Part shown: piece after piece, positions 50,218-61,547 of the stretch
Layout: every line of letters begins with the position of its first letter
Position numbering within the stretch: position 1 is the first letter of the stretch
NCBI GenBank assembly: GCA_963761335.1
Contig: CAVXGR010000005.1
Span: forward strand, 384,001-448,000
Length of the DNA: 64,000 nucleotides
Direction of reading: 5' to 3'
Source of the DNA: an uncultured delta proteobacterium
Lineage (GTDB): Bacteria; Desulfobacterota; Binatia; HRBIN30; BPIQ01
Made by a program: the position numbers and the translations under genes
Notes under the pieces: generated by a model
What the model saw: the letters and a program-made list of their open reading frames with translations, nothing else
What the model was told of the DNA's origin: nothing
Databases searched by the model: none

Positions 50218-50970
50218 ATGGGTATGATGGTGCGGGAGGATAATCTGCTGTTGGCGTGGCTGCGCCGCATGCTGCTGGGAGATCGGCTGGAGAGCTCGAC
50301 GGCCGAGGTGGAGCGGCTGCGCCGCGAGATCGACGACCTGCGGCGACAGACGGAGCAGATGCGCCAGGTAGTCGCCGACCCCGCCACGGTTCGCCCGCTG
50401 CTGGCCGAGGTGCTGCGCCAGGAGTGCTCGGCTGAGCCCAGTCGCTTTGCCGCGGCTCTGCGACCCGTGGTCGAGGACTGCCTCAGCCGTCGCGAAGCGT
50501 CTCTGAAGCTGCGGCGCTCGCGGCGCTCCCTTGGCTGGCTGTCCGCCGGTGCCGCGCTGTTCACCGTCGCCTTGGTGCTGGTCATCGGCAGAGCCAACGT
50601 CACGCGGGTGATCGAGGCCAAGGACGCCGTGGCCCGCGAGTCGGTGCGTGAGGCGCTGGCGCCGCAGGCGGTGACCATCCAGGAACAGAAGGGCGGCTTC
50701 GGCCTCGGAGAGGCCTCCCGCTCCGATGCCGATCTCGTCCGTCAGGTGCGCGCCCGCCTCTCCTCCTGCCGCGAGCTCTTCGGGTCGCGAGTGGCACTGT
50801 CCGTCGCCGACGGCTGGGTGTGGCTGCGCGGCACCTCGACCCCTGCGGGAAGAGCGGCCGCTGACCGTGCTCTCGCCGATCTCGGCGACGGCGTCTTCGT
50901 GGTCAACCAGCTCGAGGTCGCGGCCCCGGCGAGCGCCGCCAGCCTGGCCGCCCCTCGTCCGGAGGGCTGA
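50218..50970 (+). CDS. Membrane-anchored BON-domain protein
   Basis: Coiled coil, one transmembrane helix, then DADLVRQV...VADGWVWLRG...GVFVVNQL. Confidence 0.7.
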   Translation: MGMMVREDNLLLAWLRRMLLGDRLESSTAEVERLRREIDDLRRQTEQMRQVVADPATVRPLLAEVLRQECSAEPSRFAAALRPVVEDCLSRREASLKLRRSRRSLGWLSAGAALFTVALVLVIGRANVTRVIEAKDAVARESVREALAPQAVTIQEQKGGFGLGEASRSDADLVRQVRARLSSCRELFGSRVALSVADGWVWLRGTSTPAGRAAADRALADLGDGVFVVNQLEVAAPASAASLAAPRPEG

Positions 50971-50977
50971 CCGGTTG

Positions 50978-51240
50978 TCGCCCCGGAGGGGCGCGGGCAT
51001 GTAGCCCCGGGTGCAAACCCAGGGACCGGGTACAGGCGCGACCTCGACGAAAATCTGCCCGCGCCCCTGGCGGGGCGCGTATGACGGAGCGCGTATTTTT
51101 CCCCGGGTTTTACCCGGGGCTACATGCCACCGCCCCTCCGGGGCGAGCTTCGCCCAGGCGAGAACCTCCGGATCTCTTGCCGGGGCAGTCCCCGGCCTCA
51201 TTTTCATCGTCTGCTGGCGAGCCGCAAGGCTCGTGATGCA
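50978..51240 (-). mobile_element. Truncated, internally deleted unit 1 (copy D) in inverted orientation
   Basis: Minus strand reads GGGGACAG|TGCATCACGAGCCTTGCGGCTCGCCAGCAGACGATGAAAATG...; lacks the middle segment and the TTTTCGAAGCAG end. Confidence 0.8.
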
Positions 51241-51263
51241 CTGTCCCCGCGGGCGCAGGAGGC

Positions 51264-51338
51264 GGGGACAGGCACCTTTTCGGCGGAGAACGCCGACCTC
51301 AATCGAAGGTTTTTGCGCCCGAAAGGGAGCCAGTCCCC
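51264..51338. repeat. Empty REP-like host palindrome
   Basis: GGGGACAGGCACCTTTTCGGCG...CGCCCGAAAGGGAGCCAGTCCCC, uninterrupted at CAG|G. Confidence 0.85.
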
Positions 51339-51406
51339 TTTCGTACGCCGACCCATGAAATCCCTCCGCGAACTTGTTAGAGTCCGCGCAGCAGCTTGGC
51401 GCGGCC

Positions 51407-52426
51407 GTGGCACTCGAATACCGCAGAGACGAAGGACGACTGGTCTGGGTGCGCAACCCCTTCACCGGGGTGGTGACTTACTTCACCCACGTCCACCGCA
51501 AGCGCAGCGGCTTCGCGCGGCGCCAGCAGGAAGCGGCGCTGCGAGCCCGCTCCCCCGACCGCGCCGCGCTGGAAGCGGAGCTGCGGCAGGAGCTCGAGGC
51601 GGCGCTTCGCGAATGCCCGTTCTGCCCCGGCAATGAGAGACTGACCACCGAGGAGGTCCTGCGCCTGCTGCCGGCGCGGGTTCCGGGCAGCGAGGCGCGC
51701 ACCGAGCCGTGGCTGATCCGCTGCTTCCCCAACCTGATTCCGCGGATACCGGAATGCTGCACCGGCGAGAGGAACGAGTCCTACGTCGTCGTCGAGGACC
51801 CGCGCCACTTCGCCGACAAGGCCGTCGGTCACGAGGACCTCCTCTACACGGGCCTTCTGCCGAGCGAGCAGTTCCGCACCACGCTGGCGACCTGCATCGA
51901 CATCGGTCGCCGCAGCTATGCCAATCCGTCGGTGCGCGCCGTGTTGATCCGCAAGAACCAGGGGCGCGACTCCGGCGCCTCGCAGCCGCACGTCCATACC
52001 CAGGTGATCGGCTCCGACCTGCCGTTTCCGCCGGTCCAGCGGGAGGCCGAGGTGCTGCTGCAGCACCCTCACCTCTGGAACGACATCCTCGAGTTCGTCG
52101 ACGGCGAAGGCTTTCTGCTGGAGCGGCGCGGTGAGGTGGTCTCCTACTTCTGTCCGTTCGGCACCTTTCCGCGCAGCTACGAGGTGGTGGTCCCGGCGTA
52201 TCGCGGCCGGATGACCGAGATGCCGGAGGAGCTGCTCACCGACTTCGCGGCGCTGCTGCACAGCGTCCTGCAGACGCTCGGTGGTGTGCCACTCGACTAC
52301 GAGATCCACGATGGCGACGGCGTGCCCCTGCACGCGCACGTCAACAGCCGCCACTTCACCTACTCCAACATCGGCGGCACCCTGAACCTGCCATCGATCA
52401 TGCTCGAGGAGCGCGGCCGCCACTGA
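51407..52426 (+). CDS. GalT-like (HIT superfamily) nucleotidyltransferase
   Basis: CPFCPGNE zinc motif; KNQG..SGASQPHVHTQ; start uncertain. Confidence 0.75.
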   Translation: MALEYRRDEGRLVWVRNPFTGVVTYFTHVHRKRSGFARRQQEAALRARSPDRAALEAELRQELEAALRECPFCPGNERLTTEEVLRLLPARVPGSEARTEPWLIRCFPNLIPRIPECCTGERNESYVVVEDPRHFADKAVGHEDLLYTGLLPSEQFRTTLATCIDIGRRSYANPSVRAVLIRKNQGRDSGASQPHVHTQVIGSDLPFPPVQREAEVLLQHPHLWNDILEFVDGEGFLLERRGEVVSYFCPFGTFPRSYEVVVPAYRGRMTEMPEELLTDFAALLHSVLQTLGGVPLDYEIHDGDGVPLHAHVNSRHFTYSNIGGTLNLPSIMLEERGRH

Positions 52427-52427
52427 C

Positions 52428-52503
52428 GGGGACAGGCACCTTTTCGGCGACGGCCGCTATACCTCGATCGAATCATTCTTGCGCCGGAAAGGAGCCAGTC
52501 CCC
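52428..52503. repeat. Empty REP-like host palindrome
   Basis: GGGGACAGGCACCTTTTCGGCG...CGCCGGAAAGGAGCCAGTCCCC. Confidence 0.85.
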
Positions 52504-52554
52504 GTGGCCTGACCGCGCGGAAAATGGGGGCGCTGTGAAGTTTTCATTCTACAA

Positions 52555-52583
52555 TTGACAATCGCAGGACCGTTCAATACAAG
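52555..52583 (+). promoter_or_regulatory. Candidate sigma70 promoter for the SCP2 gene
   Basis: TTGACA-N17-TACAAG in a locally AT-rich stretch. Confidence 0.45.
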
Positions 52584-52702
52584 ATTGCGGTGGCCGACCT
52601 TGGGGCTGAGGGGAAGATGTCGGGTTGGCGGCCGAAGAAGAAGAGTTTGTTGGTCCGAAGTGAGCCGCCAGGCTCCTCAATCCCGGTGAGAAGGAGGACA
52701 CA

Positions 52703-53041
52703 ATGTCAGACACACAAGCAGCGGTGAAGGAGATCTTCAACCAGATGCCGGCAAACCTGAACCAGGATGCCGCGAAGGGAATGAACTCGGTCATCCAGTT
52801 CAATCTCTCTGGTGACGGTGGAGGCAACTACCACGTCATCATCAAGGACGGCGCCTGTGAGGTGCAGGAGGGCACGCACGCTTCGCCGAACATGACCATG
52901 ACGATGGCGGCTCAGGACTACGTCGACATGATCACCGGAAAGCTGAACGGCCAGATGGCCTTCATGAGCGGCAAGCTGAAGATCGCCGGCGACATGGGTC
53001 TGGCGATGAAGATGCAGAGCCTCTTCAAGCGTCCGGCCTGA
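52703..53041 (+). CDS. SCP2 sterol/lipid-binding domain protein
   Basis: IQFNLSGDGGG...GKLNGQMAFMSGKLKIAGDMGLAMK; AAGGAGG ribosome-binding site. Confidence 0.93.
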   Translation: MSDTQAAVKEIFNQMPANLNQDAAKGMNSVIQFNLSGDGGGNYHVIIKDGACEVQEGTHASPNMTMTMAAQDYVDMITGKLNGQMAFMSGKLKIAGDMGLAMKMQSLFKRPA

Positions 53042-53061
53042 CGAATTTCGACATTCAGTCG

Positions 53062-53100
53062 AAAACGGGGCGCAGCGGAGTTCTCCGCTGCGCCCTTTTT
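53062..53100 (+). terminator. Intrinsic terminator
   Basis: GGGCGCAGCGGA stem with TCCGCTGCGCCC, then TTTTT; AAAA on the 5' side. Confidence 0.85.
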
Positions 53101-53171
53101 CATTCTGGGGCACCGCTCCCGCCGAGCCCTATCCTTGTTTTACCGGCCCGGCTCGCCTATGCACCCTGGCG

Positions 53172-53546
53172 ATGACCTGGCTGCTGCGCAGCACCGCGTC
53201 GATCTCGCTTCTCTGGGCACTGGCACTGTTCTTCGGCCTCGAGCGCATTGCCTCCCCGGCTGAGATTTCACCGACGGCGCTGGCTCTCGCCAACGGGCTT
53301 GCCGCCGGCAGCATTGCCTTCGCCTTCGCCTTCTGGCGCGCCGCGACGGAGGTGCCGCCCAACCGCACCGTCATCTACACCGCGATCCTGTTGCTGGTGC
53401 TGAAGACGTCGGCGGATCTCTACGCGCTTCTGGTGTTGTTGCGAGGCGGGGCGGCGATGGTCAGCCTCGCCGACCTAGTGGTCAGCGTCGGGCTCGCCGT
53501 CGGCATCATCGAGTCGCTGCCGCGCACCTTCGGCGCGGTCGACTGA
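53172..53546 (+). CDS. Hypothetical membrane protein
   Basis: About four hydrophobic helices. Confidence 0.65.
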   Translation: MTWLLRSTASISLLWALALFFGLERIASPAEISPTALALANGLAAGSIAFAFAFWRAATEVPPNRTVIYTAILLLVLKTSADLYALLVLLRGGAAMVSLADLVVSVGLAVGIIESLPRTFGAVD

Positions 53547-53552
53547 GGCACT

Positions 53553-53630
53553 TGGTTGTCGGGTTTCTCGGTTGCCCGGGTTGTCGGGTTTGGCGCCGTC
53601 GCCAACCCGACAACCCGCTAACCTTCCCGC
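53553..53630. repeat. 8-mer periodic inverted repeat between convergent genes
   Basis: GGTTGTCG units mirrored by AACCCGAC units. Confidence 0.72.
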
Positions 53631-53631
53631 C

Positions 53632-56226
53632 TCAGTTGCTGCCGAAGCCGATGAAGCCGCCGTCGTTGTTCTTGCCGCAGTTCGGATACGCCGGGTCGCA
53701 GTAGTAATAGCCGATGAGGATGAACATCTCGTCCTCGGTGGTAACCCCGCCGGTGAGGTTACAGGCGTCGCACAGGCCGTCGTTGGCGCCGGGCGCGCTG
53801 TCGCAGGAGCGATCGCGCGCCTCCTTCGTGTTCGCCGTGCTGCACATCTGTCCCGGCTTGCCGCTGACGCAGCCGACCGGCATTCGGTCGACGAAATCGA
53901 ACGGATTGTTGCGGCAGCGGTACGACGGGAAGGGTGGAGGCGGGACCGGTGAGGTGGACTGCCGCTTCACCTCGTCGATATTGGTGGCGCCGTTGTCGTA
54001 GGTGGCGCAGTAGTGATAGGTGCGCGTCGCCGGATCGGGGTTGTCGAGGACCACCTCCGGGCTGAAGTCGAGCTGCACCGGATCGTTGTACTCGGTGCTG
54101 CGGTAGATGAGCTGCCCGTTGGGATCCCAGATCTGGAAGAGCTTGCCGTGCTTGTGCATGTGCGAGCTCATCTCGAACAGGTGCGTCCCCTGCTCGAAGG
54201 TGTGGTCCCAGCTGACCTGATGCGTCTGGAAGGGCGGAATCATCGCGTATCCGGTGGGTGAGGAAGAGTCCGGCAGGAACACCGTCTTGCTCGTCTCGAT
54301 CAGGCCGCCGAGGACCGGGTACTTCTGCTCTTCCTTGGAGGCGAAGTCGAAGTTGACCCAGGCGCCCACCTTGCCGGGACGGTTGGTGAGATTGAAGGCG
54401 TGCGAGTTCCACACGATGATGCCCTTGAGCGGCAGCTCGTTGTACACGCCCTGTGGCCAGTCGGTGGCGGAGTAGGGCTCCTGAGTTCCACCGAAGGCGG
54501 GTGCGGTGACGTCGTTGTAGTCCGGCGGCCCGAAGCCGATGCAGGCGATGGCGCGCTGTGCCTGGCTGCCGCAGACACCGCCGTCGCCGCAGAAGGTGAG
54601 GTTCATCGGGTCGCAGGTCTCGCCGTCATGCGGCCCGCCCTTGCAGGTCCAGGCTCCCCAACGGGGATCGTCCGGGCCCGAGGTGCCGTGGTACGAGTGG
54701 ATGATCAGGTGATGGCTGAGGGGGTCCTGCACCTCGAGCTTGCGCTTATAGAGGAAGGTGCCGTGATCGGTCTTGGAATCCTCGGGCACCTGGTCGGTGA
54801 CGTCGTAGTACGAGGCGAAGCACACCTCCGTCTCGCTGTGCGCCGGCAGGGCGTTCTGCGGCATCTGGATCTGCACGCCGGTGCCCGCCGGCGGCGGCGC
54901 CGGGGGATCGATCTGGATCGGATCCGCAGGCGGCAGGCAGGCGTTGAGGAGATCGCCGGTGCCGGCGATGACGCCGGTCTTGGGGGCGCCCTGCTGGATC
55001 CACAGGCGCACCGCGTCCAGCTCGTTCGGCGTCAGCGGCGCCAGGCCGGAAGGCATCGGCGTGCCGGTGACGGTGTACTGGTCGGGGAAGGTCTTTGCCG
55101 CCAGCTTCAGGTAGAGGAAGCTGCTGTCGCGGTCGCCCGGATTGATGCGCTTCAGCGGGCTGCCGTCCGACGGCTGGTCGACCAGCTCGTCGTACGACTG
55201 CGGGGAGCGCAGGTCGAGGTTGCCGCTCTTCGAGCTGCCGTGGCAGATGTCGGTGGTGCAGCCCTTGTTCTCGAAGATGGCTTTCTGAATGAGCTCGTAG
55301 GTGCTGGCGAAGCTCTCGCAGCTGGTCTTCTGGCAGGAGTTGTCGCAGGCGTCGGCCTCGCTGGTGTTGCCGTCGTCGCACTGCTCACCGGGTTCCTTGA
55401 CGCCGTTGCCGCACACCGGCGCGGGGCAGGTGATCGCCGCCTGCACGTGGCTGGCGCCGACGATGCAGTCGGCGCGCCCGCCGAGGCGATCGAAGAAGTC
55501 CGACTGCGACATGCCGTAATCCCCGGCAAACTCCGCCGGCGTGCAGATCTGGTTGATCGCCGCCTCGGCGCGGCTGCGCAGATCGGCGATCTTCGCCTGG
55601 GCGTCGTCGAGCATCTGCTGCTTCTGCTCGATGGTCATCCTGGTCATCGCCACGATGTCGAGCGAGCGGGAGAGCTGGCGCAGGGCCATGCGCGCCACGC
55701 GCGAGGAGTACCGCGCCGTGGCCAGCAGGCAGGCGTCGCGCTTGGTCGTGCCGGGCTCGACCTGGCCGGTGAACATCGCCGGCCCGTACACCAGGGAGGT
55801 GGCGGCGTCCGACTGGTCGAGGCAGGTCTTGGTGACGTCCTGCACCACGTCGGGCATGCCGCCGAGATAGCCGAGGACGGACATGAGGTCCGAGTCGGTG
55901 CAGTTGTTGGTCACCAGCTGGCGGGCCTTCAGGGTGGCGCGGTCGAGCGCCGTCTGCAGGGTATCGGCTTCGCAGGGGCGGCCGACCAGGTCGCGGCTGG
56001 CGCAGCGAAAGCGCAGCCGGGTGGTGGTGTCAAAGCAGACGCGGGTCGCCCGCGAGATGGCGCGGTGGCACTTGAGCACCGTGGGATTCTCGAAGCCCCC
56101 CCAGTACTCCAGAGGTGCGGGCGCTCCGTGCGCCCAGGAGAGCTGCGGCACGGCAGCCGCGAGGACGGCCAAGCCGAGTGCGGCTGCCAGCGTGGTACGC
56201 AGTTTGGTGCTCGTGGCGTTGACCAT
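53632..56226 (-). CDS. Large exported Cys-rich protein with cytochrome c-like and copper monooxygenase (PHM/DBH-like) domains
   Basis: Signal peptide; CGNG..E..EQCDDGN repeat; CTTDICH...PMP...WIQQGA; SHHLIIH, SHMHKHG and DEMF copper-ligand-like motifs. Confidence 0.7.
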   Translation of the reverse strand: MVNATSTKLRTTLAAALGLAVLAAAVPQLSWAHGAPAPLEYWGGFENPTVLKCHRAISRATRVCFDTTTRLRFRCASRDLVGRPCEADTLQTALDRATLKARQLVTNNCTDSDLMSVLGYLGGMPDVVQDVTKTCLDQSDAATSLVYGPAMFTGQVEPGTTKRDACLLATARYSSRVARMALRQLSRSLDIVAMTRMTIEQKQQMLDDAQAKIADLRSRAEAAINQICTPAEFAGDYGMSQSDFFDRLGGRADCIVGASHVQAAITCPAPVCGNGVKEPGEQCDDGNTSEADACDNSCQKTSCESFASTYELIQKAIFENKGCTTDICHGSSKSGNLDLRSPQSYDELVDQPSDGSPLKRINPGDRDSSFLYLKLAAKTFPDQYTVTGTPMPSGLAPLTPNELDAVRLWIQQGAPKTGVIAGTGDLLNACLPPADPIQIDPPAPPPAGTGVQIQMPQNALPAHSETEVCFASYYDVTDQVPEDSKTDHGTFLYKRKLEVQDPLSHHLIIHSYHGTSGPDDPRWGAWTCKGGPHDGETCDPMNLTFCGDGGVCGSQAQRAIACIGFGPPDYNDVTAPAFGGTQEPYSATDWPQGVYNELPLKGIIVWNSHAFNLTNRPGKVGAWVNFDFASKEEQKYPVLGGLIETSKTVFLPDSSSPTGYAMIPPFQTHQVSWDHTFEQGTHLFEMSSHMHKHGKLFQIWDPNGQLIYRSTEYNDPVQLDFSPEVVLDNPDPATRTYHYCATYDNGATNIDEVKRQSTSPVPPPPFPSYRCRNNPFDFVDRMPVGCVSGKPGQMCSTANTKEARDRSCDSAPGANDGLCDACNLTGGVTTEDEMFILIGYYYCDPAYPNCGKNNDGGFIGFGSN

Positions 56227-56527
56227 TCAATCCCCCTGTGCGCAATCGGCGGGCCGCACCGCCTGAGATGCCCCCCGGATGTAGACCTGTCACTTATGGC
56301 GAAGGTAGCGCTATTCTACAGGAACAGCGCTGGAATCATAGAGGATTCGGGGTGTTCTGCTCAGAAGCGGGTTCCATCGCCCCGAACCGCCGCCTGTACG
56401 GCAATGGGCGCAGCCGTCCCGGCCGCAGGGGAGCAAGACGAAAAGATGCGACCGGGACGGCCGCGCTCCCAGGTGGCTTTCTCTATTTCGCCCGCATGTG
56501 TATGACCGTAGGCGTGGTGAGCATCGG

Positions 56528-56743
56528 ATGACGAACTGGAAATCGGTGGCTCTGGCCGTGGTGCGCGTCGAGCGCGACGCGCCGCGCCCCTCGGACGACA
56601 CCTTTCGCGAGGCGCTGGCCCGCGACCGCGCCACTCTGCACCTGCCGGCCGCCGACTCGGCCAGCGGCTTTGCCGTTGCCGGGCCCTATCACATCGCCGC
56701 CGGCGGCAAGGAGATCGACGAGTGGGTGGTATGGGAGAACTGA
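56528..56743 (+). CDS. Small hypothetical protein
   Basis: Overlaps the start of the next gene; plausible codon pattern. Confidence 0.55.
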   Translation: MTNWKSVALAVVRVERDAPRPSDDTFREALARDRATLHLPAADSASGFAVAGPYHIAAGGKEIDEWVVWEN

Positions 56744-57612
56744 CCCCATTTCACGACCCCAACGGGGTGTTCGTCGGCCGGGATCTCGGTGGCCACGAGT
56801 ACAGACCCTCCCCGCAAGCGGTGCGCCGCTACGCCGAGGGAACGGCCAGCGAGCACCCGTGGTACGGCGGCGCCTCTCCGTTCGGCGGCGCGGTGGCGCC
56901 GGCACTCCTCTATCACTCCGAGGTGTACGCCAACCTCGGCTGGTACCTGCCCAACATCTTCGGCAACCTGCACGCGCGCCAGGAATGGGAGCTCTTTCAT
57001 CCGGCGCTCCTCGGCGAGCCGGTGCGCACCCGCTCGACGGTGGTGGCGCGTTACCGCAAGCGCAACCGCGATTACGTCGTCAACGAGGTGCTGATCACCG
57101 ATGCCGGAGGGCGCTGGCTGCAGCGCAGCCGCACGCATCAGAGCTTCCTGGTCACCGACGGCGGCGCCGGCCTGGCCGTCGATCGGGAGCGGGAGAAACG
57201 CCCGGAGCGGGTCTTCCACATCGGCGAAGGCCCGGGCGCGGAGATCGGCAGCCTCTCGCGCCCCATCACCTTGGAGATGTGTCAGGCGTTCTCCGGCCCG
57301 GAGCGCAACTACCACACCGACCGCGAGATTGCCCAGGCTCTCGGCTTTCCCGACATCGTCGTCCAGGGAATGATGTCGATCTGCTTCGTCTCCGAGATGA
57401 TGACGCAGGCTTTTGGCGCCGGTTGGTTCTGCGGCGGCAAGCTCGACGTCAACCTCGTCAACGTCGTCTGGGTGGGGGACGTGCTGGCGGTTCGCGGCAA
57501 GGAGCGCGAGGAGCTGCCCGAGGGCGAGCGCCGGCGCGTCGTCTGCGACGTCTGGTGCGAGAAGGCCGACGGCGCCAAGACTCTGGTCGGCTCGGCGAGC
57601 GCGCTTCGCTGA
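56731..57612 (+). CDS. Double hot-dog MaoC-family dehydratase
   Basis: GNLHARQEW; NYHTDREIAQALGFPDIVVQGM hydratase-like motif. Confidence 0.8.
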   Translation: MGELTPFHDPNGVFVGRDLGGHEYRPSPQAVRRYAEGTASEHPWYGGASPFGGAVAPALLYHSEVYANLGWYLPNIFGNLHARQEWELFHPALLGEPVRTRSTVVARYRKRNRDYVVNEVLITDAGGRWLQRSRTHQSFLVTDGGAGLAVDREREKRPERVFHIGEGPGAEIGSLSRPITLEMCQAFSGPERNYHTDREIAQALGFPDIVVQGMMSICFVSEMMTQAFGAGWFCGGKLDVNLVNVVWVGDVLAVRGKEREELPEGERRRVVCDVWCEKADGAKTLVGSASALR

Positions 57613-57623
57613 AGGGGGAGCCC

Positions 57624-58652
57624 ATGGCCAGCACCCATCCGATCGTTCTGATCCCCGGCGACGGCATCGGCCCCGAGGTGACCGCCGCGGTTCGCCGCGT
57701 GCTCGCCGCGGCGGCGGCGCCGGTGGAATGGATCGAGTGCCGGGCGGGCCTGGCCGCCCTCGAGGCAGGCCTCGAGGTGCTGCCGCAGGACACACTCGAC
57801 GAGATCGAGCGCCGGCACTTCGCTCTCAAGGGGCCGTGCACCACCCCGGTGGGGGAGGGCTTCAGCTCCGTCAACGTGCAGCTGCGCAAGCGCCTGCATC
57901 TGTACGCGGCGGTGCGTCCGGTGCGCAACGTCGAGGGCGTGCCGACGCGCTTCGACGGCGTCGATCTGATCATCGTGCGCGAGAACACCGAGGGGCTCTA
58001 CAGCGGGGTGGAGAACCAGGTGACCGACGACGTGGTGATGAGCATGAAGGTCGCCACCGAAAGCGCCTGCAATCGCATCGCCCACTGGGCCTTTCGTTTC
58101 GCGACGCGCCGCCGCCGCCGCAGGATCACCGTCTTCCACAAGGCCAACATCATGAAGATGACCGACGGTCTCTTCCTGCGCGCCGCGCGCCGGGTGCACC
58201 AGCGCGACTACCCGAACATCGAGTACCAGGAGGTGATCATCGACGCCGGCTGCATGAAGCTGGTGCAGGACCCGCGGCAGTTCGACGTGCTGCTGCTCGA
58301 GAACCTCTACGGCGACGTGGTGAGCGATCTGTGCGCCGGTCTCGTCGGCGGGCTTGGGGTCGTTCCCGGGGCGAACTACGGTGACCACCATGCGGTCTTC
58401 GAGGCCGTGCACGGCTCGGCGCCGGACATCGCCGGCAAGGGCGTGGCGAATCCCCTGGCGCTGCTGATGTCCGCCGTCATGCTCCTCAACCACTTGGCCG
58501 AGGAGCTCGACGACCCGGCTGCGGGTGCCGCCGCGGCGCGGATCAAGACGGCATACGACCAGGCCCTGCGCGACGGCAGGAAGACGCGCGATCTGGGCGG
58601 CGACCTCGGTACCGAAGGCTTTGCCGACGCCGTGATCGAGCGCCTGCGCTGA
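57624..58652 (+). CDS. Isocitrate/isopropylmalate dehydrogenase family (NAD-IDH-like)
   Basis: IPGDGIGPEV, SVNVQLR, RENTEGLY, HKANIMK, NLYGD, EAVHGSAPDIAG. Confidence 0.92.
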   Translation: MASTHPIVLIPGDGIGPEVTAAVRRVLAAAAAPVEWIECRAGLAALEAGLEVLPQDTLDEIERRHFALKGPCTTPVGEGFSSVNVQLRKRLHLYAAVRPVRNVEGVPTRFDGVDLIIVRENTEGLYSGVENQVTDDVVMSMKVATESACNRIAHWAFRFATRRRRRRITVFHKANIMKMTDGLFLRAARRVHQRDYPNIEYQEVIIDAGCMKLVQDPRQFDVLLLENLYGDVVSDLCAGLVGGLGVVPGANYGDHHAVFEAVHGSAPDIAGKGVANPLALLMSAVMLLNHLAEELDDPAAGAAAARIKTAYDQALRDGRKTRDLGGDLGTEGFADAVIERLR

Positions 58653-59441
58653 TCACGGCGCTGCCGGTGTCGGCGCCCCGGCGTCGATGGTGGCCAGGTC
58701 GTTGACGCCTTCCGCCAGCGCCCGCACGTCTTCGTCCGGATCCTGCATCGCCTTCTCGATCAGCGGTCGGGCGCGATCGTCGTCGATGTCCGCGGCGATG
58801 CTGACCGCCTCGAAGCGGATCTCCGGGTCGGGGTCGTCGAGGGCAACCGACAGCGCGTCGATCGGCATCTCGTCGCTGAAATCGGAGAGCGACTCGATGG
58901 CGGCGAGCCGCACCTCCGGATCGCTGTCGGAGAGTGCCTGGGTCAGCACCGGCACCACCGGCTCATCGTCGAGGCTGGCGAGCAGCCACACCGCGACGAT
59001 GCGGTTTTCCGGGTCGTCGTCCTTGAGCGCCGTCTTCTTCAGGTTGTCGAAGTCCAGGTCGTCGTCGGCGTCGGCGAGGGCGGCCGGCAGGGGAGAGCGC
59101 GGCGCCCGGGCGCCAACCGCAGTCGGCGGCGCCGCGACATGACCCGCGGGCTGCGTGGGAAGGGGCCGCTCCTTGAGCTCGCGCAGCGCCTCGGCGCGAT
59201 CGAGAACGGCATTGTCCCCTTGCTGCATCCCCCCCTGCCGCCCCTCCAGCGCCGCCTGTCGCTCCTCGCGCAGCTGCGAGAGACGCTCCTGCACGCGCTC
59301 GCTCCGGCTGCTCGGGGTCACCAGCGCCACGGGAGGCGGCGGTGCCCACAGGCGAGTGCCGCTGGCGAACCAGATCACCGCGACAAGGGACACGGCGATG
59401 AGGGCCAGGCCGACCTTGGCTTCGGTGGACAGGTTCTTCAT
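58653..59441 (-). CDS. Membrane-anchored HEAT-repeat protein
   Basis: N-terminal transmembrane helix; repeated ALxDxDPEVR units. Confidence 0.85.
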   Translation of the reverse strand: MKNLSTEAKVGLALIAVSLVAVIWFASGTRLWAPPPPVALVTPSSRSERVQERLSQLREERQAALEGRQGGMQQGDNAVLDRAEALRELKERPLPTQPAGHVAAPPTAVGARAPRSPLPAALADADDDLDFDNLKKTALKDDDPENRIVAVWLLASLDDEPVVPVLTQALSDSDPEVRLAAIESLSDFSDEMPIDALSVALDDPDPEIRFEAVSIAADIDDDRARPLIEKAMQDPDEDVRALAEGVNDLATIDAGAPTPAAP

Positions 59442-59512
59442 GGGGCTCCTAAGGTGCTCTCAGATCCGGTCGCCGAAGGCAAGACGAAGGGGTCCTGCGG
59501 AAGGGCAGCGGT

Positions 59513-61492
<1,980 letters not shown>

Positions 61493-61547
61493 GATCGGGA
61501 AATCTAGCGGCGGCCGTCGAGGGGTGCAAGCGCCGAGGTGGGGACAG

